A stretch of 64,000 nucleotides of DNA from an uncultured virus (IMG/VR IMGVR_UViG_3300021961_000029) (lineage: Duplodnaviria > Heunggongvirae > Uroviricota > Caudoviricetes), in the IMG/VR virus record IMGVR_UViG_3300021961_000029; one strand, 5' to 3'. The translations under genes were made by a program, and so were the position numbers. The notes below the pieces were generated by a model. That model saw only the letters and a list, made by a program, of their open reading frames with translations, ran no database searches and had not been told where the DNA came from. Positions within the stretch are counted from its first letter, which is position 1. Each line of letters opens with the position of its first letter. Positions 36,664 through 47,074 of this stretch are shown one piece after another.

Positions 36664-36855
36664 TTTTTCTTGATTCGTAAACAATTGTTGTTTGTAGATA
36701 GCTTTTAACTTTTTACTTCTTTTAGCAACTGAGGGTTTAGTATATTGTTGTTTTTCCCTCAATTTATCGTTTTGTTTAGTCTTTTGAACCTTGTATTTGT
36801 ATTTCTTTAATGCAGATTCAAGGTTCTTCTCTTTATTGACGTTTACGATTATCAT
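36655..36855 (-). CDS. rpsU: ribosomal protein bS21
   Basis: IIVNV...NLESALKKYK.K...LREKQQYTKPSVAKR. Confidence 0.88.
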   Translation of the reverse strand: MIIVNVNKEKNLESALKKYKYKVQKTKQNDKLREKQQYTKPSVAKRSKKLKAIYKQQLFTNQEKSN

Positions 36856-36951
36856 ATGTTTTTTTTAAATATAATTGAAAAGTTTTGATTTGTTAAGTTT
36901 ATTCTGTATATTTTAAATACACCATAAAATATATAAGTATGATAAATTTAA

Positions 36952-37377
36952 ATGAAAAAAGGAAAGTTTATTTCAATAGGTGTACACAATAATGTAAAGA
37001 TTGGGTATGGTACTGTTGATTATAAGAACTTAAAAACGGTCTACATTCAACTAAACTCATGGACCCAACCCACAATAATCGACCACGACTTTGATAAGTT
37101 AATTTCGAAAACCAGAAGACAAATCAAAGAAAAAATTTATTCTTTGAATTCTGATTTATTCAAAAAAGAATCAATAGTCGATTTAGATATTAAAACTAAT
37201 GGCATAAAAGAAAATAAAAGGTCATTCATGGACCTTGAAATTACTTTATATGTAGAGAAGTTTTTTGATGTAAGGTCAAAAGAGGTTAAAAATATTATAT
37301 CCAACTTATCAGAATCTATAGTAGATACCGTTTTAACGGACGAAACTTTATTTAATTTCTTTGAAAAAAAGAATTAA
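36952..37377 (+). CDS. hypothetical protein
   Basis: 141-aa ORF. Confidence 0.75.
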   Translation: MKKGKFISIGVHNNVKIGYGTVDYKNLKTVYIQLNSWTQPTIIDHDFDKLISKTRRQIKEKIYSLNSDLFKKESIVDLDIKTNGIKENKRSFMDLEITLYVEKFFDVRSKEVKNIISNLSESIVDTVLTDETLFNFFEKKN

Positions 37378-37412
37378 TTCAGTATTCGGGGTATTTATTA
37401 TAAAAAAGTTGG

Positions 37413-38096
37413 ATGAAAATACTCGGGCCAAATGAAACCGGTAAAGGTATACTAATTGAATACGATGCCGGATATATCTCACCATTAGAAAATCAGAAAA
37501 TAATTTCTGAGATGAAAGACGTGGATTACTCGCAAGATGTAGTCCTTTATGCTGTTTTGCAGAAATATGACACACCAAATAAAAATGGTAGAATATATCC
37601 TGAAAACATATTAAAAAGAGAAAACGAAAAATATCAAACCTTAATAAAAAAAGGAAGTGCTCTTAATGAGTTAAATCACCCAACATCTTCTCTTATCGAT
37701 TTAGATAGAGTTTCTCATTCCATATTGGAAACATGGTGGGATGGGAAAATCTTAATGGGTAAGATTAAATTGTTTACATCTCCCGCTTGGAAAAAAATGG
37801 GTATCGTTAGTACCAAAGGTGACCAAGCAGCAATGTTACTTATGAATGGAGCAACACTTGGTATTTCTTCAAGAGGTGTTGGGTCATTAAAAAATATTAA
37901 AGGACAAAACATAGTTCAAGAAGATTTTGAATTAGTTTGTTTTGATTTAGTATCATCTCCAAGCACACCAGGTGCATATGTATTCTCTGATTTAAAAGAC
38001 AGAGACCAATACCAAGAATCAATTCAAGATAAACCTGCCGACTCTGACAGAATGAAAAATTTGATGTCTAAGTTGGATACTTATTTGGGTAAATAA
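37413..38096 (+). CDS. prohead protease (T4 gp21-like)
   Basis: NKNGRIY, ELNHP, VSH, GISSRGVGS, FDLVSSPSTPGA. Confidence 0.95.
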   Translation: MKILGPNETGKGILIEYDAGYISPLENQKIISEMKDVDYSQDVVLYAVLQKYDTPNKNGRIYPENILKRENEKYQTLIKKGSALNELNHPTSSLIDLDRVSHSILETWWDGKILMGKIKLFTSPAWKKMGIVSTKGDQAAMLLMNGATLGISSRGVGSLKNIKGQNIVQEDFELVCFDLVSSPSTPGAYVFSDLKDRDQYQESIQDKPADSDRMKNLMSKLDTYLGK

Positions 38097-38176
38097 GTAT
38101 TTAATATAGTTTATCATACTATAATCCGTATTTTTTTACATTATCGACATATTTATAGGTAAATATATTTAATAAA

Positions 38177-39457
38177 ATGAGCGAAAAATCCATTCTAGAA
38201 CAAGCATTACTTCAAGTACAGACTCTTGAAGAGGCAGTAAAAGCAAACGCAAAAGGTATACTTGCATCTACTATGAAGCAAGAACTAGGTGATTTGTTGA
38301 AAGAATCAATGGAAGATGAGGAGAAGGAAGTTAAAGAACAACCTACTCCTGAAGAAGACCCCACAGATGATGTGTCAGCAAAAGCTGATGATGAAACAGG
38401 GGACGATAAATCGGACGAGGATGATGACGAATCATCTGATGAACCAACTAAAGGTATCGACGATAAAGATTCATCTGAAGATGACGATGACGACATGGGT
38501 AATATGTTTAACATGGGCGGATTCGGAGATGACGAAGATGATAATGACGTTGTTGATATGACAGGAGCTGATGAAGACGAAATTTTAAAAGTATTCAAAG
38601 CAATGAGTCCTGAAGATGGTGTAATCGTGAAAAAAGATGATGACCACATTGAATTGTCTGATGGTGATGATGAGTATATCATTAAGTTAGGTGAAGAAGA
38701 CTTAGATGAAACTATGATGTCTGAAGAAGATTTAGAAGAAGGTGATGAATCAGAATATTCCGATGAAAATTTGGGAGAAGGTGATGAATCAGAATATTCG
38801 GATGAGTCTTTGGAAGAAATGATGGATGACTCTGAAGAAACTGTTTACGAAATCGAACTTGATGATACAAACGAAGACATGTCATATGAAGATGATGATG
38901 AAACCTTAGGTGGTGAATCATTAGAAGAATATGTTGACGAAACTTACGAAGAAGGTTACGAACCTATGGAAGGTGATGTTGAAGAATCTGCTCGTACTAT
39001 GGGTAATGGATATCATGGAGGAATTAAATCCAAAAAGAAATTCTACGCTGGTAATAAGAGAGAAGAAATCAACGAAGAAGTTAGCAAACTTAGAAAACAA
39101 AATGATGAGTACAAGAAATCTCTTGTATTATTCAAAGAAAAGTTGAACGAAGTTGCTGTCTTTAACGCCAACTTAGCTTACGCTACTCGTTTGTTTACAG
39201 AACACTCAACCACCAAACAAGAAAAGTTAAACATCCTAAAAAGATTCGATTCAATTTCAACCTTGAAAGAGTCTAAGAACTTATATAGTTCTATAAAAAC
39301 TGAATTGGACACTAAAAAACCTGTGACCGAATCAGTGGTTGATAAAATAACTACGGCACCAACTTCTTCTTCATCTCAAAAAGTATTGTCGGAATCTAAA
39401 GCATACGAGAATCCACAATTCAAGAGAATGAAAGATTTGATGTCGAAATTAAAATAA
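38177..39457 (+). CDS. prohead core/scaffold protein
   Basis: very acidic coiled coil between the protease and capsid genes. Confidence 0.75.
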   Translation: MSEKSILEQALLQVQTLEEAVKANAKGILASTMKQELGDLLKESMEDEEKEVKEQPTPEEDPTDDVSAKADDETGDDKSDEDDDESSDEPTKGIDDKDSSEDDDDDMGNMFNMGGFGDDEDDNDVVDMTGADEDEILKVFKAMSPEDGVIVKKDDDHIELSDGDDEYIIKLGEEDLDETMMSEEDLEEGDESEYSDENLGEGDESEYSDESLEEMMDDSEETVYEIELDDTNEDMSYEDDDETLGGESLEEYVDETYEEGYEPMEGDVEESARTMGNGYHGGIKSKKKFYAGNKREEINEEVSKLRKQNDEYKKSLVLFKEKLNEVAVFNANLAYATRLFTEHSTTKQEKLNILKRFDSISTLKESKNLYSSIKTELDTKKPVTESVVDKITTAPTSSSSQKVLSESKAYENPQFKRMKDLMSKLK

Positions 39458-39491
39458 ACAATAAACTTAAAAATTAAAAATCAATACTAAA

Positions 39492-41249
39492 ATGGGAGCA
39501 TTATTAGAATCAGGTATGGTTGGTAACATCGGTCTTAAGCACCTTCGTGTTATCAAAGAAGATACCATCAAAAAATGGGACGACTTAGGATTCCTTGAGG
39601 GTCTTAACGGTCACCAAAAAGACAACATCGCACAATTGTATGAAAACCAAGCTTCATACCTAATCAACGAAGCGGCTGTAGCCGATGCTTCAGGTTCTTT
39701 CGAAACTGTAGTATTCCCTATCATCCGTCGTGTATTCTCTAAATTATTAGCGAATGACATCGTTTCAGTACAAGCAATGAACTTACCTATCGGTAAATTG
39801 TTCTACTTCGTACCTAAAATCCAAGACAGAAACGCCGGCGACCACCGTAAACCTTACGGATTCCCAAGTGATGAGACTGACCCAGCAGCAGGTTACACAG
39901 GTAATAACTTGTACGACCGTTTCTATGAGTCAAGTGATTCAGTAGATTCAGGTTTGTTCGATTATTCAAAAGGTACTTACACAAGTGTTACAGGTACTTC
40001 TATTGAATTCGTAACATTCAGTAACGGTACTGCATCAACTCAATCAGCAATCGCAACTGGTAACACTGTATCAAGTGTAATCTTGAAACTTTCTGGTTTC
40101 ACTACTTACGACGGTGCCGCTAAACTTGCTGGTCCTAACGGTCAAGTTATGGACACTGAAGAGTTCTTGGCTTCATTAACTGTATTTACTCTAACAGGTG
40201 TAGATAGTAGTTTGTATACTCACTTAGGTGCAACTGCGGCTGCTAACATTCCTTTTAACGTAGTAACACAAAAATACGGTAAAGGTATTGTAGAATACGG
40301 AAGTAAAGGTACTGGTAGAACTGGTAAATATGACAACATTTGTGACGCTGAAGGTGTTATCTACCTTCAAGTTGACTTACAAAAGTATAACGGTGTAACA
40401 ACTGGATACACTGACTACACAGTTGCAGGTTCTACATTGGCTGCTTCTGACCTTAAAGTTTCTTGGAGAGAATACAGTTCACTTGAATTCGAAGAAGAAA
40501 TCGGTGAAGTATCTTTCGACCTTCAATCAGTAACAGTTTCTGTAACTGAAAGAAAGTTAAGAGCTAGCTGGTCTCCTGAATTGGCTCAAGACGTAAGTGC
40601 ATTCCACAACATCGATGCTGAAGCAGAATTGACAGCTTTATTGTCTGAGCAAATCGCAGCAGAAATCGACCGTGAAATCCTTCGTGACATCCGTAAAGGT
40701 GCCGCTTGGTCCGCTAAATGGGACTACAATGAGTGGAGATACGGTAATGGTGGTTCATCATTCGCTGGTTATACTCAAAAAGATTGGAACCAAACTTTGG
40801 TTACCAAGATTAACCAAATCTCAGCTCAAATCCACAAAACTACCTTAAGAGGTGGAGCTAACTGGATTGTTGTATCTTCTGAGGTATCTGCAGTATTTGA
40901 TGACTTGGAATACTTCCACGTTTCAAACGCTAACCCTGAGCAAGACCAATACAACATGGGTATCGAGAAAATCGGTTCATTAGCAGGTCGTTATCAAGTT
41001 TACCGTGACCCTTACTTACCAGCTGGTAAAGTTATCATCGGTCACAAAGGTAAATCATTGTTGGACGCTGGTTACATTTACGCACCATACGTTCCATTAC
41101 AATTGACACCTACAATGTACAATCCATTCAACTTTACACCAATCAAAGGTATCATGACAAGATACGCTAAGAAAATGGTTAACAACCGTTACTTTGGTGT
41201 GATTAACGTTGGTGGTTTGACTACATTCAGTCTTGACACCTTGAGATAA
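39492..41249 (+). CDS. major capsid protein (T4 gp23-like)
   Basis: VSVQAMNLP, RKLRASWSPELAQD, EIDREI, YAPYVPL, GIMTRY. Confidence 0.97.
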   Translation: MGALLESGMVGNIGLKHLRVIKEDTIKKWDDLGFLEGLNGHQKDNIAQLYENQASYLINEAAVADASGSFETVVFPIIRRVFSKLLANDIVSVQAMNLPIGKLFYFVPKIQDRNAGDHRKPYGFPSDETDPAAGYTGNNLYDRFYESSDSVDSGLFDYSKGTYTSVTGTSIEFVTFSNGTASTQSAIATGNTVSSVILKLSGFTTYDGAAKLAGPNGQVMDTEEFLASLTVFTLTGVDSSLYTHLGATAAANIPFNVVTQKYGKGIVEYGSKGTGRTGKYDNICDAEGVIYLQVDLQKYNGVTTGYTDYTVAGSTLAASDLKVSWREYSSLEFEEEIGEVSFDLQSVTVSVTERKLRASWSPELAQDVSAFHNIDAEAELTALLSEQIAAEIDREILRDIRKGAAWSAKWDYNEWRYGNGGSSFAGYTQKDWNQTLVTKINQISAQIHKTTLRGGANWIVVSSEVSAVFDDLEYFHVSNANPEQDQYNMGIEKIGSLAGRYQVYRDPYLPAGKVIIGHKGKSLLDAGYIYAPYVPLQLTPTMYNPFNFTPIKGIMTRYAKKMVNNRYFGVINVGGLTTFSLDTLR

Positions 41250-41269
41250 TCATTTCAATCTCATAATAG

Positions 41270-41296
41270 AAAGGGGGACATTAGTCCCCCTTTTTT
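41270..41296 (+). terminator. terminator after the capsid gene
   Basis: gggggac-atta-gtccccc-tttttt. Confidence 0.85.
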
Positions 41297-41328
41297 ATTG
41301 CCAAATATTTTAACTATATTTATATTCT

Positions 41329-41679
41329 ATGGGTAAAATGACTAAAAAACAAATTGCTAATAGTTTAAAATCAGACGAACCAATTGATTATAATAAATTA
41401 CGATTAGATGTTTTAAAGAATTTAGTTGAGTCCCGAAACATCGAATGTAAACAAACCAAAGAAGAAATGGTAAAGTATCTTGTTATGGACGACAATGACA
41501 AGTATATTAGACCTATAATCTACACAAAACACGCAGATGGTTATATGGTTGGAATAGATTTAAGAGACTCCAACAATTTAATCGAAATGGGTAAATTGGT
41601 TGAAAAAAATATCGCATATCGAATGAACCTTTATTCTAATGACAGAATACACTATATTTCTAAACAAAAACTATTATGA
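41329..41679 (+). CDS. hypothetical protein (SAP/HeH-like N-terminus)
   Basis: YNKLRLDVLKNLVESRNI...KEEMVKYL. Confidence 0.65.
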   Translation: MGKMTKKQIANSLKSDEPIDYNKLRLDVLKNLVESRNIECKQTKEEMVKYLVMDDNDKYIRPIIYTKHADGYMVGIDLRDSNNLIEMGKLVEKNIAYRMNLYSNDRIHYISKQKLL

Positions 41680-42116
41680 ATTGGACCGAATATTTCTTAA
41701 ACATCGCCGAACAAGTAAAACTAAAATCAAAAGATAAATCTACACAGATTGGTGCCGTAATTGTTGGTGTTGATAATGAGGTACTTTCTACGGGTTATAA
41801 TTCATTTCCGAGAGGATTGGATGATACCATAGAAGAACGTCAGGAAAGACCTGAGAAATACTTTTGGTTTGAACACGCTGAACGTAATGCAATCTACAAC
41901 GCAGCACGTATTGGTGTGTCTCTTAAAAATTCCACAATATATCTAACTTCGGGATTACCTTGTATGGATTGTGCAAGAGGTATTGTTAATTCGGGGATTA
42001 AAGTGGTTTGGTGTAAAACCGAGTGTACCACTAAAAACAAAGAGAAATGGGTGGAATCACAGATGAAAAGTCAACAACTTTTCAATGAGTGTGGTGTTCA
42101 GGTGTATTATTATTAA
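41676..42116 (+). CDS. dCMP deaminase
   Basis: GYN, HAERNAI, PCMDC. Confidence 0.93.
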   Translation: MNWTEYFLNIAEQVKLKSKDKSTQIGAVIVGVDNEVLSTGYNSFPRGLDDTIEERQERPEKYFWFEHAERNAIYNAARIGVSLKNSTIYLTSGLPCMDCARGIVNSGIKVVWCKTECTTKNKEKWVESQMKSQQLFNECGVQVYYY

Positions 42117-42384
42117 GTTTTTTAACTTTAACAATTAAGTCACCTGTTCCTTTAATAATTCTGTGATAAGTACCCTCATGTATGAAAATGGGGGTATTTT
42201 TTTTAATTTGTATGGGTAATTCATTATCCATTTGAAACATCCAATCAGTGTCATGTTCACAAATAACAATCCTATCTTCTTTGTCAAAATGCCACTTCAA
42301 TTCCATCTCAGTTAAATCTGAGGTGAATGTTCTAACATGAAATCCTTCTTTTAATTCTTCTTTGAATGGGAAATCCATTACCAA
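42082..42384 (-). CDS. small cupin-like protein
   Basis: WHFDKEDR...YHRIIKG. Confidence 0.65.
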   Translation of the reverse strand: MVMDFPFKEELKEGFHVRTFTSDLTEMELKWHFDKEDRIVICEHDTDWMFQMDNELPIQIKKNTPIFIHEGTYHRIIKGTGDLIVKVKKLNNNTPEHHTH

Positions 42385-43475
42385 GGGTTTGATGATTTGA
42401 TACCAAGAGCTTTTCTATATCTTGAGATGTTACAACTCCAATATCCAGCAGTTGTTCTGTCTTTCTTTTGGTCACATTTGTGACGAGCTCTAAATGACTT
42501 CGCTGCCGCCCTATTATTGTTCCTAACTCTAAGATTTGGGTCACCGAAAGTTACTTTAACAACATTTCCACTACTATTTTTAACATAAACCGCGAATTTT
42601 TTAGGACCACCTGATGTTCTAAATGGTTTATTTAATTTTACATTTTTACCTCTGTGTTTAGCTTCAACAAGATACTCTTCTTCATTTAATATGAATGGAA
42701 TGTCTAAGTAAACTTCTTCACCTTCATAGATACCTGTTAACCCAATGTCTGTTTTAATTAAATCTAAGTCTTCACCGTCAAGTATAAGAACTCCTTTGTT
42801 GTATAAATCTCTTGACTCGTTGAATAGATTAAAAAAGTTTTCAGAATAAACTCGATATATGTTTTCAATTAATGGTTTTTCTTTTTCAATATGATACTGT
42901 AATCCCTCACTTAGTAAATTTTTTGATTCCGATACTATCCATAATTTAGGTGGATTATAGGTATCGATTATTTCATCTACATTTATTGTTATATTGTTAA
43001 TCATATTCTCATCAAATCTTGTAAATGTTGGTTTATTTCCTGTACCGGGTTTTGGGTCTTTTTTCTCTGCCCTTCTTTTTTGAGAAACCATAGATTTCTT
43101 TTCTTTTTTACTATATGAAGATGCAATTTTGGGTGTGTCTTTGGAAACCTTTTTTAGTGGTCTACATTTTGGATAACCTTTTCTACTCTTATCACCGTCC
43201 GCGGATTTTCTGCCACATGGAGGATGTTTACCATCTATTTTACGAGAAACATCAACCCATTTTTCTTTGAACCATCTAGCGAGGTCTTCTTTCAAGACTT
43301 CACCTGATTCAATACACTCCGTAACATACATTAAGTCTTCTTCACTTATGTGAATTTTTGTAAGGTAAATTTCAGAATTATCATGACCACATTTGTGACA
43401 TGAGTATGGGTCATCACCACCATCAGATAGTAACCATCCCCACTCACAATTTTCACAAATTATTTTCTTATCCAT
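42378..43475 (-). CDS. multi-module basic phage protein
   Basis: Zn ribbon, LARWFKEKWVD and KKFAVYVK...FGDPN...SFRARHKC modules. Confidence 0.75.
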   Translation of the reverse strand: MDKKIICENCEWGWLLSDGGDDPYSCHKCGHDNSEIYLTKIHISEEDLMYVTECIESGEVLKEDLARWFKEKWVDVSRKIDGKHPPCGRKSADGDKSRKGYPKCRPLKKVSKDTPKIASSYSKKEKKSMVSQKRRAEKKDPKPGTGNKPTFTRFDENMINNITINVDEIIDTYNPPKLWIVSESKNLLSEGLQYHIEKEKPLIENIYRVYSENFFNLFNESRDLYNKGVLILDGEDLDLIKTDIGLTGIYEGEEVYLDIPFILNEEEYLVEAKHRGKNVKLNKPFRTSGGPKKFAVYVKNSSGNVVKVTFGDPNLRVRNNNRAAAKSFRARHKCDQKKDRTTAGYWSCNISRYRKALGIKSSNPW

Positions 43476-43906
43476 TATTTTTTACCACTACAATATGAAC
43501 CCGAACATTTTTTTGTTCCATCAAGACCTTTTATTTTACCTTTACAGACTTGTACAGCATATCCATTGGCATAAGCACTTGGGTAAACTTTGAATTTTGA
43601 TTTAGCAGCAGAGACACCTCTAGCACACAATTTATTAGATTTGGCCTCGTTTATTGATTCTTTTGTGGTGTTCATCATAAAATCAAAAACTTGGTCGACA
43701 TTTTCTTTAGCCACTGCTATGTGGTCATCAGCCCAATCGTGTCCATTTTGTATAATAGATTCAACGACTGAGGGGTCTAATTCCAATAACATTTGACATT
43801 GTCTATGTAACTGTTTTAAGTTACTAAAGAACATATAATTTTCAGTAACTTTTTCATCTTTGTAGTTACTTAATTGCATTTTGATAATTCCGTCTAAGTT
43901 GTCCAT
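43475..43906 (-). CDS. hypothetical protein
   Basis: KFKVYPSAYANG motif. Confidence 0.75.
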   Translation of the reverse strand: MDNLDGIIKMQLSNYKDEKVTENYMFFSNLKQLHRQCQMLLELDPSVVESIIQNGHDWADDHIAVAKENVDQVFDFMMNTTKESINEAKSNKLCARGVSAAKSKFKVYPSAYANGYAVQVCKGKIKGLDGTKKCSGSYCSGKK

Positions 43907-43920
43907 AATATTAAATATTT

Positions 43921-45294
43921 TTATTTTTCTGATAATATTTCAAATTTGATGTAATCATTATAAAATATCTCTTCAGTGTACGTTTTGGCCTTAAATTCAA
44001 TAAAGTACTCTCTTGGTATTAAATAAGAAGTGTCTAAGTAGAATGAATTTTCATTGGTTACATCGGTTTTAGTCCAATCATAGACTATTACATTTGTTTT
44101 ACCTTCTTTTACGAAAATTCTATAATAGACATCGTCGAATAATATAGTTCTTGATTGTTCGATTGATTTTAAATAAAGTACAATCTTTTTCAATTCACCT
44201 CTGATAATTTTTTCATTTTGTTTTATACCGGAGAATTGAATCTTATAGTTTTGTGTTTCTGTTGGGTTTGTACCAATACTATAACCCGATGTGAATGGTT
44301 TAGGTACAAATTTCTGAGTCACATTACTTATTGATATTCCATCCAAGGATAAACCTTTCCATCTATCATAGAAGAATCTCTTACCGTCACATAATTGACC
44401 CGTTAGACCAAATCTAACTTTATAGACACCTTTTTTAATTCTTGTGGTAGTTAGACCTGTCAATCCCGAAATTGCAACACTACTTGAGTTTAAAATATCA
44501 ACCGTAGGGTTACTATTTAAATTATAAAAATTGGAACCTTTAGTAACGTATAGGTATAGATTATTATATCTTTCTTCAATGAAATTATGTCTATTGTCAT
44601 CTATTCTATCATCAAATACCGATTCAACAAATGGTTCAAAAAAAGTTTGTGTGTATTTTGAGAAGAACGCAACTGATTGTTGTGTCTCTCCGGTGGTTAT
44701 CGACTCGAATGCAGATGTGAATGCCAAACCTAATCCATGGTTGGTGTTACCTGAAAGAATAATACCATTAACGTAGTTAGTGATGTTTACATTGATGTCT
44801 TCATTACCATTGTCAAAATGTATTGTTTGTAGTATTGTTGCACCTGTGTAAATTCCTGGATATGTCCAACCTGTGGTTGTTGTTCTATCGTACCAGTTTG
44901 ATGCTCGAGTGTCATAAATTTTATTACCCAAATTATCATCGTAAGAGGTGAACTCGTAATCATAACCTACACCCTCATCCCATGATTGTGGTACGGTAAA
45001 AAGAATTAAATCGAATGATGTCGCACGGTATTTTCCGTTAGATTTACTGTCTCCTATCAATTTAGGGTCCCCGATTACCGTATTGGTCATTTTTAAATGA
45101 TGTGTTGCACCTGATGTAATTACCAAATCACCATTATTTACCTTACTTTGTAAATCACTAAAATCAACTTTAAAGATAAATCTTGAATATCCATCACCAT
45201 AAAAGATTTCTGTTGTTGGGTTTTTTGCAGTGTTAACCCTACTATTTTCAATGATAGTGTTATTTTTAGAGAAATATGAGCGATAGTATGACAT
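43921..45294 (-). CDS. putative virion structural protein
   Basis: beta-rich 457-aa ORF next to the spike gene. Confidence 0.6.
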   Translation of the reverse strand: MSYYRSYFSKNNTIIENSRVNTAKNPTTEIFYGDGYSRFIFKVDFSDLQSKVNNGDLVITSGATHHLKMTNTVIGDPKLIGDSKSNGKYRATSFDLILFTVPQSWDEGVGYDYEFTSYDDNLGNKIYDTRASNWYDRTTTTGWTYPGIYTGATILQTIHFDNGNEDINVNITNYVNGIILSGNTNHGLGLAFTSAFESITTGETQQSVAFFSKYTQTFFEPFVESVFDDRIDDNRHNFIEERYNNLYLYVTKGSNFYNLNSNPTVDILNSSSVAISGLTGLTTTRIKKGVYKVRFGLTGQLCDGKRFFYDRWKGLSLDGISISNVTQKFVPKPFTSGYSIGTNPTETQNYKIQFSGIKQNEKIIRGELKKIVLYLKSIEQSRTILFDDVYYRIFVKEGKTNVIVYDWTKTDVTNENSFYLDTSYLIPREYFIEFKAKTYTEEIFYNDYIKFEILSEK

Positions 45295-45319
45295 TACCTT
45301 TTATAATATAAATATCATT

Positions 45320-46876
45320 TTAGTTGATTTTAATGGACTTGTTTATCAATTCTTCCCTTAATTTATTATAAAGTAATTCTAGTTTAGTGTGATTTGGGTC
45401 CGATTTTACATATGGCTCGTTGATATTATGTACGTGACCAAAAAATGTATTGTACAAAGCGTCAATAAAATCCAATAGAATTTCCCCCCTAACTAACGAA
45501 TAAGTGTTGGGGTCGATTTTTTCAATATAATCAGACTGTTCATATTCGTATGTGTTAAGTGTAGGGAAATCAATTTTTTTATCGGTAAAATTGGTTTCAG
45601 TTGATAATAAGTAGATTTTATCCGCGGTGACGTTTCCAAAAGTTTGTTCAACAGATGAGGTATCGGTTTTTAATACCTTTACCGTTTTTTCTACTTGTCT
45701 CGTATTTGGGTTCACTTTATCTTTACTGTACACTAAACTAGATTTGGATGTTGAACCCGGTAATTTCACATTGTTGAATATTTTTAATCTATTTTCAGCT
45801 TCGGTTGTGGTTACAGTTCTATTTTGAAATTCATCTGTTGGTCTAAAGAAAAATGGATAGATATTTGAATCACTTTGAGTGACAATTAAATCCGTCAAAA
45901 TTTTAAAAGATACCGTACCACTAAATCCATTACTCTGTATTGTACTTAATTTATTTCTAATTTCTTGATAAATTAATTGAATCTTTTTTGTTAATGTTGC
46001 ACCACTATAATCTGTGATTGAATTTAACTCACTTCTAAAAGTGTACGTATTGCCTGATTCGGTCAAAAAAACTGTTTCACCTGATATGGTTTGAGTTGAT
46101 TCAGTAAAATTACTTGAATTATATTTTTTTGATACGTTTGGTTTTATTTGGTAAACATAAAAATTAACATAATTTGGGTTGGATAAGTCATTAACATCAT
46201 ATTCAATTATGAATTTAAGATTTGAGTTTTCTGTAATCTCTTCTATTTTTGTTTCATCAACGATGAATTGTTTTGGTCCGAATTTCTTTAAATGTAGTTT
46301 TGCAACTTTATTTGATGCAATTGGGAAACCTTTGATTAGAAGTTCTTTATTTTGATTACTTGTAATGTCTTTTTGTACGAGTTTACCACCTCTTAATACT
46401 AAACCATCTTGTGTAAAGATGGCATCAGAACCATACTTACCATTAATAGAATAATCTTTGTATTTAGATAGTGTGTCCTTACAATTTTCAGGTAAAGTCC
46501 CTTGTTCATTTTTTATGATATCGGCTTTATCTTCAACCGACACACCGTAAGATGTTTGAGATATTTGTGTGTTAAATACTTGTGAATTAAAATCGTATCT
46601 AGTTGAAAACGGGCCCGCAATATATTCTTGGTTAACGGTTGTTTTTTTAGTGTCATAACGTATTATTTTTACCGCCTGTTTTTCTTCAGGAATAAAATTT
46701 ATATTGTTTGGTAAAAATGGTGATGCGATAAATGGGTCGTCTTTACTCCACTTTTCTATACCTTCTTTTATATTCGACTTACCACCAACATAATCATCGT
46801 AATCTATTACTCTAATTCTTCCTAATCCTTTAGGGTCATTGTTTTCGGTACATACACCAATATCAACTATTTTCAT
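45320..46876 (-). CDS. baseplate hub/spike (gp5/VgrG-like)
   Basis: N-terminal NNDPKGLGRIRV OB-fold motif; C-terminal HVH. Confidence 0.72.
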   Translation of the reverse strand: MKIVDIGVCTENNDPKGLGRIRVIDYDDYVGGKSNIKEGIEKWSKDDPFIASPFLPNNINFIPEEKQAVKIIRYDTKKTTVNQEYIAGPFSTRYDFNSQVFNTQISQTSYGVSVEDKADIIKNEQGTLPENCKDTLSKYKDYSINGKYGSDAIFTQDGLVLRGGKLVQKDITSNQNKELLIKGFPIASNKVAKLHLKKFGPKQFIVDETKIEEITENSNLKFIIEYDVNDLSNPNYVNFYVYQIKPNVSKKYNSSNFTESTQTISGETVFLTESGNTYTFRSELNSITDYSGATLTKKIQLIYQEIRNKLSTIQSNGFSGTVSFKILTDLIVTQSDSNIYPFFFRPTDEFQNRTVTTTEAENRLKIFNNVKLPGSTSKSSLVYSKDKVNPNTRQVEKTVKVLKTDTSSVEQTFGNVTADKIYLLSTETNFTDKKIDFPTLNTYEYEQSDYIEKIDPNTYSLVRGEILLDFIDALYNTFFGHVHNINEPYVKSDPNHTKLELLYNKLREELINKSIKIN

Positions 46877-47073
46877 TACATTTTTCTATTTTCAATTTCA
46901 GTGATTATTACTTGATGTAAATTTTCAATTGACTCTAATTTACGTGTCAATTCAATTATGTGTAACTTAAGTTCTTCGTGTTGTTTAAACAAAAAATTCT
47001 CAGCATCAAATAAATCTTTATTTGATTTGTCCTTAGCGTTTTCTACAATGTTTTTAAGTTTTTCTATTTCCAT
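46876..47073 (-). CDS. small coiled-coil protein
   Basis: coupled ORF. Confidence 0.7.
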   Translation of the reverse strand: MEIEKLKNIVENAKDKSNKDLFDAENFLFKQHEELKLHIIELTRKLESIENLHQVIITEIENRKM

Positions 47074-47074
47074 T

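Noticed and set aside
32281..41249. Introns or inteins in terminase, portal or capsid genes
   Set aside because: The ORFs are continuous, of ordinary length, with no intein or homing-endonuclease motifs seen
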